From: Takakia lepidozioides
Lineage: Eukaryota > Plantae > Bryophyta
DNA: 64,000 bases
Assembly (NCBI GenBank): GCA_030704615.1
Contig: CM060734.1
Location: 29,450,001 to 29,514,000, forward strand
Direction: 5' to 3'
Shown here: piece after piece, positions 10,700 to 24,082 of the stretch
Layout of the letters: every line of letters begins with the position of its first letter
Numbering within the stretch: the stretch's first letter is position 1
Program-made: the position numbers and the translations under genes
The notes under the pieces: model-generated
What the model was told of the DNA's origin: nothing
What the model saw: only the letters and a program-made list of their open reading frames with translations
Databases searched by the model: none

Positions 10700-13600
10700 C
10701 CATCACCCTCGCTGTCAGTTCAAGCTATCTGCAACTAGCATCCTCAGTCAGACCCTTAGTAAGCAGCTGGCTGAGGCTCGTAAGAGAAAAGTGAAAGCCC
10801 TAAAGAAGTGCCTTGGTGTGTGCCAGAAGTGGATTGAGCTCCCTTCCTGTGATGACCACACTTATCAGACCTACCTTGAAGCCCGTTCAAACCTTGGGGC
10901 CTTCCAGCTCTAGCAAGAAGAAAAAATGAGGATGCAGGGCGGCATTAACTGGTCAGCCAAAGATGTCCAAGTACTTTTTTCAAAAGGTTAAGCTTAGGAG
11001 GGCCCTTCAAACCATTCTAGACCTGTTCATCGACACCTTGGGTAATAAATCTTCTTTTCCCAAGGAGCTCTGTGATCTGGCCTTCCGCCACTTTAGCTCT
11101 CTGTTTCAGGGCAGACCAGGAGATCCCTAACGGCAATCATCTTCTCCAATCCTGTCTTCAATCGACTCCTTCGAGACTTCGTCCGGAGGATGCCCACCCT
11201 CTTTCTATTGTCTTCACTCCTCAAGAATTGGAAGTTGCGCTGAAACACATGAGCAGCGGCAAATCTCCGGGGATGGACGGAATGCCAGTAGAATTCTACA
11301 AAGTCCTATGGCCCAACATTTCCAAGGATTTCTGTGACATGGCTAATGAGATTAAACTAAAAGGTGAGATGCCGGGGAAGATGGCGCAATGAGTGATCAC
11401 ACTCATTTTCAAAAAAAGGGAAAGGGCAGACATTGGTAACTACAGACCCATCACCATTCTTAATGTGGCCTATAAGATTATTGCTAAGGTTCTTGCTCTG
11501 CGCATCCAACCCCTTCTCTCCTACCTCATTCGAACAGGGCAGGCAGGTTTCATAAAAGGCAAGTACATCCTTGATAATGTTCTTCTGGCTCAGGAAGCTG
11601 ATGCCTTCGCCCTGGCCTCCAATCAGGCTCTGACATTGTGGCTTTTAGACTTCGAGAAAGCCTTTGACAAGGTGGGCTGGAATTTTTTTTCTGGCGGTGC
11701 TTCGTAAAACTGGGCTTCCTCCAGACTTCTGCCACTGGGTGGACATCCTTCTCCGTAAATCATCCAATAGAGTTATCATGAATGGGCACCTGTCCAAATC
11801 ATTCTTGCTCCACAGGTCAGTGAGACAGGGGTGTCCTCTGGCCCTCTTTCTTTTCCTGTTTGTGGCAGATACTCTAGGTTACATGCTGGACATCAACCAG
11901 ATGGTACAGGGCCTTCACCTCAAGAACCCCAAAACCCAATTATGGATTCAAATGAAAGACTCTATGTTTGTGGACGATACCTTCTTGCTCCTCCAAGCTG
12001 AGTCTTCCACGTTGCAGGCAGCTGAGACCACTCTGAACGATTTTTGCCAGGTCTCGGGTTTCAGAGTAAATTGGTAAAAAAACGAAGGCCTTGCTTGTAG
12101 GAGACTCCTCCCGTTCTGCTATTGGAACCGATCCCACTTGGGGGGATAGTCTTGGGTTGGTCTGGTTGAAGGATGGAGAATCCACGACACTGTGGCCCAC
12201 ACCTTTGGTAGGAACATTTCGGAGGATCAGAGAATGGGTCCTACCATCTCCAAGCTTAAGCGTCAGTTGGTCTACTGGGGCTCTTGTTTCCTGTCCATAA
12301 CGGGCAGGGCTTTGGTTGCCAACCAGATTCTCTTGGCGGGATTGGGGATGGATTGGGGGATTATGGGAAGCCCAGCTGAAAGCCTTCTTGAGCCTAGAGC
12401 AGTCTGAAGATCCTGATGGGAGGACGACCAAAGATGGGATACCTGGGAGAAACCTTGCACCTCCCATACTGCCCATCGCCTGGCCTAGCATCTGTACATT
12501 CTAGAGAGAGGCAGCGAGTTCAAAATTAGGTGCTGCCTCAAAGTCTCATGGAAAGAACATGGCTCCTGCTTGCTTAGAAATGGTCGGAATTTCCCCCACG
12601 CCTCTCGTATGGACTTCCACAATGGGGATCCAAGCAACTCATGCTTGAACCCCTGCAGAAGCCACCTGATGGAAGGCGCCCAGCCAACCCCAACCAGGGG
12701 GGAGCTGCCGGAGCAGTAGCTTCCACCATCCACCTTCCGGGCCCAAGAATCTGGGTATCCATTTCCCTAGCAGTGCTCGGATTTGAGTCTTTGGATCTAA
12801 CACTCCCAATCCTCCCTTCTTTTTGGGGTGGCAAATTTGTAGCCAGGAGACTTGGGGTCTGACATACTGGGTGGAGTCCCGAGCCCCCCAAATGAAATTC
12901 CTGATACATTTTTTATACTCCTGGATAGTTTTGGAGTCAGGACCCCAAGTTGAGGCGATCCTACGGCTTGGTGCATCCCCACCTTTTGACCACCAGTGGG
13001 TGACGGCCAAGGATCAGGCATTTCACATCATATACATCACAGGGGTAGTTAATTCCACCATTCAAGGCTTTGGCTTCCAAGCAGACCTTTTCTCGGGTGC
13101 ACTGAAACTGCACTCTACCCAGCCAGTTTTTCTACATTTCTCGCAGGCTCAACCAGCAAGGGTCTGTCTATGGTCAGATCCTACAAAACCCTTTAATCCT
13201 AGTGCCCCTCCGGGGGGATCTATCTTACCTTGGCTCTTGGTAAGCTCCTTCGCATGGATAGGGAGTGTCCCCTTGCAGGCCCTTCAGGTGGACCCGGCCG
13301 CAGAATGGCTCTGGAACTTCAGAGGAACTTTGCATACTTTCTTCGCTTACTTGGCCAAGAAAGCCTACAGGGCTCTTCTTAAAAGGACTCCCTTGGTGAA
13401 GAAGTGGGATGACAAATGGGGCCATATTCCGTTTCGGGAAGAAAACTGGGATAGTATCGGGTCCACCATCTGGGAGAAAACTAAGTCAGCCAAGATCAGT
13501 GCCTTCCTTTGGCAGATCGCCAACCGGGTGCTTACTTAGGTTGGGCAATTTCTGGGCTTTCAAGAGGCCATTCTTTGCAGATGTTGCACGGTCAATATTG

Positions 13601-14534
13601 TGGAGTCTTTGGAGCATTGCCTACTTCATTGTGTCTTGCCTCTTGCCCTCTTGCCTCTTGTCAAGGTATTCTACAGAGCTTGGGAGGTATGTCCACCGCC
13701 TGTTCTCACATTGCTCCTCAACTACAATCAGACCACAAAAGGGAGAGCTAGCCACTGCCCAATGCTGGAGGTGCTGAGAACTTCCTCTCTATGGAATATC
13801 TGGAAAGTCTGCTGCAGGTGGTTCTTCGACAATCTCAACTCTTCTAGGACTCAAATTCTAACCCATGTTTTCCATGACCTAACCATAGCTGCTAAACTTG
13901 CCTGGACTAAGCTGTGTGCAGAGATTGCCAGGAGACCCAAACGAAGGCCAGCTCTCATCGCCACCTTCAAAGACATTTGGGGTCGGCAGGGACTCATCTG
14001 CAGCTGCACTGATGTTGACTCCTGCTCTTGGCTAGGGGCTATCCTCTCTGTTTGGCAACACCTCAGAGCCCCCCTCTTCAGCCTCCCCTGAATTTGATAG
14101 ATCAGATAGGAACTGGAAACATATCAAGACAGCGGCTAAGTCTAGATTGACCTTCCATAGATAATTGCTCCTCGCTTGTATGGGACTCTTGGCTCGGCAC
14201 CTTGCCACCGATTGATACACATTCTCTCCTGTTCCTATTGATTCTCCTTCTAGCAGAAGCCATGTAACTAGACTCTAGCCTCGCCGTCCACATTATGTCA
14301 CCCCTATGTCACCCCTCATATGGATTAAGTTCATTGTCTATCATTGTCTCTTAGCTATAGCTCCCCTGGAATATCCAACACGGCCTCCGTGTGATAGGCC
14401 TCATGGCAGCCTTGGGGCATGTAATTTTTTTCCCTTCAATAATATATATATATATATATATATAGAAAGGGATAATTTTAATAAAGCTCTCAAGGGCTTC
14501 CTTCCCTTTCTCTAATTTGCTTAAGAAAAAAAAA
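10700..14534 (+). mobile_element. L1/Tx1-like LINE, decayed ORF2 (RT + zf-RVT) with 3' poly(A)
   Basis: KSPGMDGMPVEFYK, NYRPITILNVAYKIIAK, LDFEKAFDKV, VRQGCPLA, MFVDD, FLWQI...ESLEHCLLHC. AATAAA at ~14480, A-run 14526-14534. Many stops and frameshifts. Confidence 0.9.
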
Positions 14535-15479
14535 GGTGTACCCAAAAAAAAGGACGCGGTACGTTCCTGTCCATTCTTGACCGTCCTTTCCCTTTGAAAT
14601 GTCGTTCACTCGCATATTTAACACTTTAAAATCCAAAATTCAAATTTTGAGTCTTATTTCCATTATCAGGTGTAGAATATTTTTTTCACATTTTCATATC
14701 CGCGGGTTGTTCATTTAGCCCAGGTCCTGCAAAATGCGGGATCCGGGTCCGGCCCGGAATCCTTGATATCCTTGATATCTGGGTTGATATCCCGACTCTA
14801 TATCCGCCCAACAGTGGATGAAACCCATAATGCCTCGTAATGGCCCACCCTAGCTCATAATGGTTGGTGCTGCCTCTACCGCCTCTCATCCATCCCACCT
14901 GTCACAATCTCACGTCAGTTCTCGATAGTTCTCCACAGTGTTCTATCACTTCAAAATGATCGGAAAAGCATGCACGTCGATCTCCCAGGTAAGGTAAGAT
15001 TGAAGTTCGAAGACTTATGTGTGCGTGTTGGTAAAAATTCAGGCCTGAGAAAGTGAGAGCTTCGAACATGTATTCTTGTCAGCTGTGTTCCCGGCTTTAC
15101 GAGCTGTTTGTCAATCGGGAATTATGCAGAGGAAGCTTGGATGCGAGGGCTAGTGCAGGATTTTCCAGAAAAAGCATCCGTGAGCTGCACGAGCTCCAAG
15201 GTTCCAGGTTTGCAACATCACAATTTGGTTACTTGCTGTGAATCTCTTGTTCTAAGCTAGTATTTGTACACTAGAGGATTAGAACCTGTTGATTCATTTC
15301 TGATGGAGACAGGTGCCTAGGGTTTCCCATAGTGAGGGAAGAAAACGAGAAGAAAAGCAGATAAGTAAGGCAAATAGACAAAATAAAAGAGAAATTAATT
15401 GGAGGAGGAATGACAATTTATGGTGGACCTCGGATGTTGCAAGAAAGAGACAAAGATCACGAGATTAGTATCCACAATC

Positions 15480-16215
15480 CATAAGAACAATCGGCTCGTC
15501 CCCTTACCTATGAGCCCCTTGCAGGAGAGTTTGGCATCGTGAGCTGACTCCGGACTGCTAAGAAAGTGCGAGCAGCTCTGATTGCAGTTGTGCTTAGTCG
15601 GAGAGTGGGGGTGGGGTAGTGCGCACAGCAAAGCTGGTGGCCAAGTACCGGTCTTGCGTTCCCATTCTTCCGGTTGCTGTTCCAGTGATGACCACCGACA
15701 ATCTTACCTGCTGCCAGTGCAGTGAGGAGTCCCCTGCCCGCCATAGTCTTATTTGAATACCAGTTTAATCTGCTGTCACGTTTCATATACAAAGTCCCTG
15801 TTTCGGGTCACCATCCAGCGATGCACAATGTGACATGTACAAGAAAGATTGACAACACCTAATTAGGGGTGCACAGTGTCGAGGTTCAGTTTTCAGTTGC
15901 AAGTAAAACTATCTAGGAAGCAATGTGGTTTGTTCATAATTTCAAGAGACAAACCAAGCGGGAGAGCTTTTGACTGTTAGCTTGCCTTATTTGATCAATC
16001 AACAGATCGGTAGTTTCGAACAAATCGTTGGATGTGTGTTTGTTCTCAAAAACAGAACTTATGTTTGCAGGGGTTTGCGGAGGCGACAGATTCACGACGA
16101 GATCTTGAATTCAGCGCTTGAATACGCAGTGAGCCGGAATCTATGTTGCCCCGGGGATGCCATCGTAGCCCTCCATCGTATTGGAGCAGCCTCGCGCATC
16201 AAGAGTATAATGTGT
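15480..16215 (+). pseudogene. Cytosolic pyruvate kinase C-terminal fragment, frameshifted
   Basis: Across frames: PMSPL-ESLAS, RTAKKVRAALI, AKLVAKYR..VPIL.VAVPVMTTD, CSEESPARHSLI; after the acceptor at 16070, EILNSALEYA...LCCPGDAIVALHRIGAAS.IK. Confidence 0.85.
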
Positions 16216-16269
16216 GTCAGGGATAGCTCTACATTCAGATTTTTGATATCCCAAATTCATGTTCTAGAC

Positions 16270-16534
16270 TGTTAAATCACCTACAGGTGTAGGTATCAAG
16301 GTTCTAATCTTAGTAACAGTCCTCAGGGAGTTAGGTGCTATAATTATGCTTATAGATATGTATGAAGTTATATTACCTTGTGGTAGATAGATAGGTCCAA
16401 GTGCAGCTGGTAGCTATTACTCCATCCTTAAATTAAGTTAGGTGCTTAGCCTAGTTAAATACCATGTGTGTTCACTCTTTGCATCATTCTAGCCTAGTAT
16501 GTTCCTGAGCTGATTGTAATACACCAATCTTTCA
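16270..16534 (+). repeat. Copia 5' LTR (265 bp)
   Basis: tgttaaatcacc...caatctttca, matches 20809-21080. Confidence 0.95.
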
Positions 16535-16546
16535 TGGTATCAAAGC
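16535..16546 (+). other. Primer-binding site (tRNA-iMet type)
   Basis: tggtatcaaagc immediately after the 5' LTR. Confidence 0.9.
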
Positions 16547-19500
16547 AGGATAGACGAGTGAATCATAGTATGTTTTTCTCAGGGCTTTGAGGTCGCTAGG
16601 AAGTACCTCCATGTCGGTGTGTAGCATTGCTCCACCAAGATCGTAATATTTGTGACTCCAGCACGATCGTAATCTGTGAGCATTGCTCCAGAGAGAGAGA
16701 GAGAGTGTTTATTTTTTATTTTTATTTTATTTTGCATCTCTCTTTGTATAGTCTCAAGATGGCCAAGGGGGGTAGCAGTTTTTCCATTTCCCAAGAAGAT
16801 AAGCTTGCTGGAAAGAAGAACTATGAGGTGTGGAAGTGTAAAGTCCAAAACCGGATATCCTTGAATGGGTTGAGAGGAGGATGGTCTTAGCTGAAGGTCA
16901 AAACATGGATGAGTTTAGGAGGAAGAAACAACGTGCTTACACCATTATCAATCTCTCTCTTACAGATAAGGTGATCCATTACGTCTCCCATCTCAACGAG
17001 CCTAAGGAAGTCTGGGATGCCCTAGCTAAGATGTACGATGACAAGTCTTCTGCCAGGAAGATGTCAGTGAGAAACAAGCTTCAAGGCATCAGAATGGAGG
17101 AGGGAGCATCTATGGAAGATTTTCTTGAGGAAATTACCAATCTGGTAACCCAGCTCACTAACTTTGGTGAAGAAATCAAGGAAGACATTGTTGTGGAATA
17201 TATCCTGAACGCGCTGCCAGAATCATACACTGCCTACAGTGATGCGATTATTGCACAGAGGGAGCTCCCTAGTCCTCCGGAGCTGATCACGAAATTGCTA
17301 TATGAGGAGAGCCGGCGAGAACTGAGGGATCGAAAGTTGAACCACGATGAAGCGCTGTGGGTAAAGTTCAAGCAAGCATACAAACGAAATGGCAGACCTC
17401 CTTATCAACAAAAGACTTCAGCATCTGTTTGCAATAGATGTGGCAAGGAGGGCCATTGGGCGAGGAACTGTGCAATGCCATATGAGGAGATCTTGAAGGT
17501 AAGAAATCAGCAAACTGCCCACGTCGTTGACGAGGCACCAGAGGAGTCAGAAGAAGAGGATGATGACGGTGAAGCAGCTGAGATGCTTGAGGTAGCATTG
17601 GCTGCCCTCAACACTCATGATGAAGGAGGTTCGTCCAAGGAAAAAGCAATCTCCTGGATCGTTGATTTTGGCGCAAGTAAGCATTTGACGGGCAATCCAA
17701 AGATTCTCTATGATATGGTAGTGCTACTAGTGTCCGATCTGCTGAAGGCTCTCTTCACAGGAAGGGTCATGCAAGTATAATGCAAAATGGATCAATAAAG
17801 CACATAACCGATGTTCTTTACGTCCCTGGCATTACTCGTAATCTACTTTCTGTTAGTGCACTAGCTGATAAGGGCCATCTTGGTATATTTGACCATAGAA
17901 AATGTTTGTTTGTGGAAAAAGAGAGACCTCACAAATTGATCTTGCAAGGAAAACGAATATCCTCTGGATTGTATAAATTGTCATCTGACGATAAGTCTCT
18001 CCCCGAGGTGAACACTGTCGAAGTCTAGGAGTCAGCTAGGTTATGGCACAGAAGGCTCGGTCACTTAAACCACCATAGTCTTCATTTTCTCAGTAACAGT
18101 GGGAAGGTTCTAGGAATGCCTCGACTCCCTCTCCTTTCAGAAATCTGCAGAGCATGCATACTAGGAAAACAACAGAGGGAAAGATTTCCTCGTTCTAGGG
18201 AACACAGAGCAAAACAGATATTAGAACTAGTGCATGTAGATCTACGTGGACCCCTTCCAACACCTTCTTTATCTAGCTCCAAGTACTTTATGGGTATAAC
18301 AGATGACTACAGTAGATTTACATGGGTGTACTTTCTCAATCAGAAAAGTGAAGCTTTTTCTTACTTCAAGAACTTTAAAGTTATGATAAAGAAAGCTACA
18401 TGAAAAACCATCAATTGCTTGCGTACAGACCGTGGTGGAGAATTTCTGTCTTAGGACTTCATCAACTTCTGCAATGCTGAAGGGATCCAGAGACAACTTA
18501 CTAATCCACACACACCACAGCAAAATGGCATCTGTGAGAGGAAGAATCGAACTCTGATGGAGCATGCAAGCAGTTTACTGTTGGAGAACTCATTTCCAAA
18601 GTATTTGTGGAGTGAAGCAGTCAATTGTGTTGCCTACCTTCTGAACATGTCACCAACTCGTGCCAATTTTGGAGTCACACCCTACCAACGATTATCAGGT
18701 ATTAAGCCTAATCTCTCTCATCTGCGTATTTTCGGGAGCAAAACATATGTCAATGTTGAGAAATATAAGAGAGATAAGCTGGATTCCAAGTCTGTCGAAT
18801 ACATAATAGTGGGTTACGATACAGTAACCAAAGGATATCGATTGTTCAACCCTGCAACTCGCAAGGTTTTCATCAGTCGGGATGTTAGGTTTGTTGAAGT
18901 ACTCTCTACGCAAGATGAGCTCAAATCTGATGTGCCCACCAGTATCCAACCTGTGTCGACTGACACAATCATCACGACCTTGGAACCAACTATACAAGCA
19001 GAGGAGGCTACTGGACAACTTGCCTCTCCACCAGCTATCGATTTGCACGTTGATCTGCCAACTGATCATGTAGCTTCCGACAACCAGCCCAAAAATCCTG
19101 CCTCACAACTACCTCAAGAGGAGGTCCCTGTCTCAGCACTAGTGCCTACTCGACCAATTCAGGAGAGACATCCCCCTGCCCGCTTCAACGTCTATGTTAA
19201 TCTCGTTGAAACTTCGCCATTTGCGCCGCTCACGTTTGCAGAGGCAGCTTCAATTCCAGGATGACAAGCAGCTATGGAGCAGGAGATGGCTTCAATTAAG
19301 AAGAATCGAACTTGGCAGTTAATAACATTGCCTCCCGGCAAACGTCTTATAACTGCCAAATGGATATATAAAGTGAAGAAGCAGGCAGATGGTGCAGCGA
19401 GCAAGCTTAAGGCGCGTGGATTTGAACAGACTGAAGGACTGGATTTTGACGAGACATTTGCTCCTGTTGTTAAATGGGCAACAATTCGTTTCATGATCGC

Positions 19501-20792
19501 TCTAGCTGCTCACGAAGGATGGCCTATTATCCATCTAGATGTGAAGACGGCCTTCTTGAATGGCCTTCTTCAAGAGGAGGTGTATATGGAGCAGCCCGAG
19601 GGTTTTGTTGTTCAAGGTTGTGAGGGATTGGTATGTTTGCTGCTCAAGGCACTTTATGGGCTAAAGCAAGCTCCAAGAGCTTGGTATGCCAATATTGATG
19701 CCTACTTGAGGACTCAAGGAATCATTTAAAGCAATGCGGATTACAACTTGTACTATCTGATTGAAGAGCAAAATTGTACTTTTACTGCTTTATGTTGACG
19801 ATTTGCTGATCACAGGAAGTAATAACGAGAAGATGGCTTGGCTTTGTGAACAACTCTTCAACAAATACGAGATGACTTACTTGGGTCTAGCATCCTTGTA
19901 CTTAGCTGCAGAATTATCTCATATTCCTGCAAGTGTCTTTTTATGCCAATATCAATACGCTGTGTCAATGCTGCAAGAGTTTGGAATGTGGGATTCCAAC
20001 CCACGTAGGGTGCCCATGATCGAAGGCCTTCACCTGTTGACTAACATAGATGCACCCAAGGCAGACTCGGCAGTATACCGGAGGATGGTCGATAAACTCA
20101 TTTACTATTGTAATACAAGGCCTGATCTTGTCTTTTCGGTTGGGAATGTGAATAGATTCATGGCAGAGCCCGAGCAGCCTCACCTTGATGCTGTTAAGCA
20201 TATTCTCCGTTACATCCGAGGCACACTTGATTTCGGAATTTTGTACCGCAAGGGCTCAAGCAATGAGCTAAACGGTTTTTCAGATGCCGATTGGGCCGGT
20301 GATCACAATCAGCGGCACTCTACAAGTGGTTACATCTTTCGAATTGGAGATGGTGCTGTAACTTGGTGCTCTAAGAAACAAGCCATAGTCGCATTGTCGT
20401 CCACAGAAGCTGAATATAGGGCACTTACGGAAGCTGCAAAGGAAGCCACGTGGTTGAGGAAACTTTGGGAAGAAGTTGGAATTTTGGGTGAAGGGCCAAC
20501 TGCAATTCTTTGCGACAATCAGAGCAGCGCTAAGATCGCTAAAAATCCTGTATTCCACGCTCGAACAAAGCACATTGAAGTGCATCATCATTTCATTCGT
20601 GAAAAAGTGGAAAGCAAAGAAATCGACCTCATTCATGTTTCTACATGTGAGCAAGCGGCAGATAGCCAATTGGGGCGGATCAAGTTTGAGAAATTTAGGA
20701 GTAAGCTTGGCATGTGCAGTCTAGCATAGGCAAAAGGAGATGTTGGCAAGAGCTCTTCACGGTCTCGACATCTTGAAGGAATTAGGGTACAT

Positions 20793-20808
20793 GAGGACTG
20801 AGAGGGGG
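20793..20808 (+). other. Polypurine tract
   Basis: gaggactgagaggggg directly before the 3' LTR. Confidence 0.85.
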
Positions 20809-21080
20809 TGTTAAATCACCTACAAGTGTAGGTATCAAGGTTCTAATCTTAGTAACAGTCCTGAGGGAGTTAGGTGCTATAATTATGCTTATCGATATGT
20901 ATGAAGTTATATTACCCTGTGGTAGATAGATAGGTCCAAGTACTGCTGGCAGCTGGCAGCTATTACTCCATCCTTAAATTAAGTCATGTGCTTATCCTAG
21001 TTAAATACCATGTGTGTTCACTCTTTGCATCACTCTAGCCTAGTATGTTCCTGAGCTGATTGTAATACAACAATCTTTCA
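20809..21080 (+). repeat. Copia 3' LTR (272 bp)
   Basis: Same as the 5' LTR with about 10 substitutions and a 7-bp insertion (hand count). Confidence 0.95.
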
Positions 21081-22485
21081 TAGACTCTCAGCAGAGAGAG
21101 TCTCTTAAAGCAGAGCTCTTTTTGGATCTCACTGCTTGCAAAAAGGGTCGGTTTAGCAGGCAACTGATTCAGACTGCACAGTCGATGAGACTCAGATGAG
21201 ACTCCGAGTGAGCTCTGGTATATGTGCACAGTGAGTGACTCCTCCATCATAATGAGCTCGCAGCCTTAATTACTGAGATCATGGAAGTAGCTCTAGATAG
21301 TAAAATCCACGCAACGTTCCATGATCTCAAGGTCGGTTACGGATAATTTCACCAGATTCTCTCAGACTGCTAGGAGACTGCTGAAGGATTGATATGTTGC
21401 AAAATAATGGTACATAGTTGTTTGCATCATCATGAATATTGGACCTGAGTCATTTGGAGGAATTCTGTACCCTTTCCCAGGTGGAAGCGTCTTCCATTGT
21501 AAACGGAAGCTGTGCAGTTGAAGCTCCGTGGTCCAAAGCTCCTGCTGCAGCTCCAGCGTCCTGCACATGACAATTGAGTGAAAATCTTAGTTATTTCGTG
21601 ACCGAGTTAGACATCCGTAGAAAGTTCTCGATAAGGCTTTCTTTTGAACAAGATAGACCTATCAATTGTGACTTGGACATATAGCAAATGTTTCAATGAT
21701 CATTCCGTTGGCAACTCCCTCATCCAACTTGACGAAAGATTATAATGGCCGAGAGTGCACGGCGGACACTGACCTTGATCCATGCGCCTCCAAGCTTGTA
21801 TACTTGAGCGAGAGGGACATCTGGAGCTTTGCAGTCTCCCTTATCTCGAGCTGGAGATTACTATGCCTCCACACAGAGATCATGTATCATAAGACTTTGT
21901 TTGGCGCCGTAGCCTTCTGTGCGGAAAGAGAGACAGGGAGGAGGAGCTCTGCAGACTGTGAGAGGTACGAATGCTTGTGTGGCAGTCGCCTCCACACAAG
22001 GTCCATATTTCTAGAGCTCACAGTCTGCACAGCTCCCGCTCTCTGTATCTCAGAAATAACACTTGGATACTTTAACTAATCCCAAAACGTTCAGAGTGTG
22101 TGTGACAAGAGAGAGAGGGAGACGTGCAAAAAACGGCGTCAACTACATATTCTCAGGACAAATTCTCACAAGTCCAAGAGACTGAACAGAAAGTTGAAAC
22201 TTCGATGCACAGACCCTCGACACCCGGCATCGAGGGTGGGAGAGGAAGAGAAAAGCAACTTAGGTATTCATTCATGTACATGAAGATTCCATGCAGGAGC
22301 GTTATGTTAACATCAGATCTGTAGCTAGTGATCAGTCGGGGAAAGAAAATCCTCGTGATAGGGAGTCAAACTGATGCAATAGACCCTTTCAGAACATTCA
22401 ACAGAAAAGACAGAGCAATCCGTCAGCATATAACTGCAATTCCAAAGAGACTGGGGAGGAGTAACATTCCACCGTACCCCTCTGT

Positions 22486-22910
22486 GTAATAGACCCTTTT
22501 AAGAGCAACGTGTGTCTGTTGGTGACTCGTGAGTGCGTGAGAAAGAACCGGCCAAAATGAGGCTAGAATGCGAGAAACGCATGTCTGGTGATCAGTGAGT
22601 GAGTGTGAACGAGAGAGACAAGAACGGCCCAGGACCATTAATTCACTAGTCCAAGCTGTGAGAGCAACGTGTGTCTGTTGGTGCACTAAGCGAGCGTCTG
22701 GATGTGTGTGTGAGAGAGAAAAACCCAGAACCGTAGGACAAATGTAACTAGACCCTTATGAGAGCAACAATTTGAGGGGCTGTTGGTGCGAGTATGTAAG
22801 GAGAGAAGAACCCAGATCAGTCGTTTGACTAACAATTGCAACTAATATACCCTTGTGAGAGCAACGTATGAGCGAGTGAGAGAGAGAGGAAGAACCGAGA
22901 ACCGACAGCC
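22486..22910. repeat. Degenerate ~85-100 bp tandem repeat
   Basis: agaccctt..gagagcaacgtgtgtctgttggtg..gagagagaagaacc recurs about 5 times. Confidence 0.65.
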
Positions 22911-24082
22911 TGTAGACGAAATTTGAGAGGACAAGCAGACTGGAAAATGACCAATGGATTGCTCCGCTCTACCAGGAATGCCAGCCATCCAGAAGAGGCG
23001 GTGCAGCCATTATCTTCTCCTCGTGGCGTACAAACACTAGTCGGGGGTTATGCATCCGCTCACCAGCTGGCGTCCCTGTATTGCACTGGTCAAGCCATAC
23101 TAATATATACATTTGCAGTTTCCTTGTGCTGCAGCTATTATTACTACGCTACTCGTCAGATCGACGTCAACAGTCAGTTCTGGCGTGTGGGAGAATTTTC
23201 AGTGGCATCCCCAAGAGACCGTGAACAGCTCGTCAGCATTTGAATTAAGTGATCGGATGCCTTCCACGCTGAAGAGAGACGTCTGAATATGTCAAATGGA
23301 AAAGCACAGATATGTGCAAGGGTTTGCATGTACATTCAACCCATTCTGGAACTTCAAATGTGTCCCTAAAAATTTTTGGTCGTGGGAACCAAATTTAGCT
23401 ACCAAATATTTCGGGGGCATTGATCCACACGTATTCCCAACTCATGCTGCATGAGGTCACACATCCTCAACAGTGTGTCATAGACCCACAAGGCTCACGT
23501 GTATGGGCCCATGAATCATGGCTTTCAATGTCTAACTTAGCAGGGCGGCGGCGGGCCGGCATGTGTAGATCCACGTGCAATGCGTTCGTTTCTTCGTTTC
23601 TTTCCTCCGGCCAAAGAAGACCTGCGTGGCTGCGAAGCAACATGAGCGTGGACGGATCGGATCCCTACATATAATCAACGAAGGTTAACTCCTATTTTTA
23701 ACGTTTGTCTCAACCTTAGCTGGATATGTACTCAGTTTTGGATTGACTGGAAAGCACTCAACATGCACGGATTTTAACTAGATATCTAGTGTAATCCTGA
23801 TACAGATATATAAAGAGCATCTGGAGATGATTTGAATTTCTGCTTCACTGTTTTGTAATTCTTTTAGACTCAAAGGACTACCTAGATTGAGATCCATATC
23901 ATGATACATGTCCCCTGAACCTTCTGGACACCCTCGCCCAAACAGGGTCTATTTCACTCTTTGTAAGCTTGTCAGTGCAGAACCGGCTCAACAAATAATT
24001 GGTGACTACTTCAAAACATCGTGTCTTCTTTAACTCTCACAATGTTGGACTAACATGTCGTCAACTGGTTCTATTGCCGAAT

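Larger units (their letters stand above)
16270..21080 (+). mobile_element. Full-length Ty1/copia LTR retrotransposon, decayed gag-pol
   Basis: TG..CA LTRs, TAGAC TSD (16265-16269, 21081-21085), gag with CNRCGKEGHWARNC, protease WIVDFGASKH, integrase ELVHVDL, RT LYVDDLL, RNase H DADWAG/SSTEAEY. Confidence 0.97.

Noticed and set aside
21100-22050. Possible minus-strand exons (DKGDCKAPDV.., DAGAAAGALD..)
   Set aside because: Could not be joined into a gene or assigned to a family.
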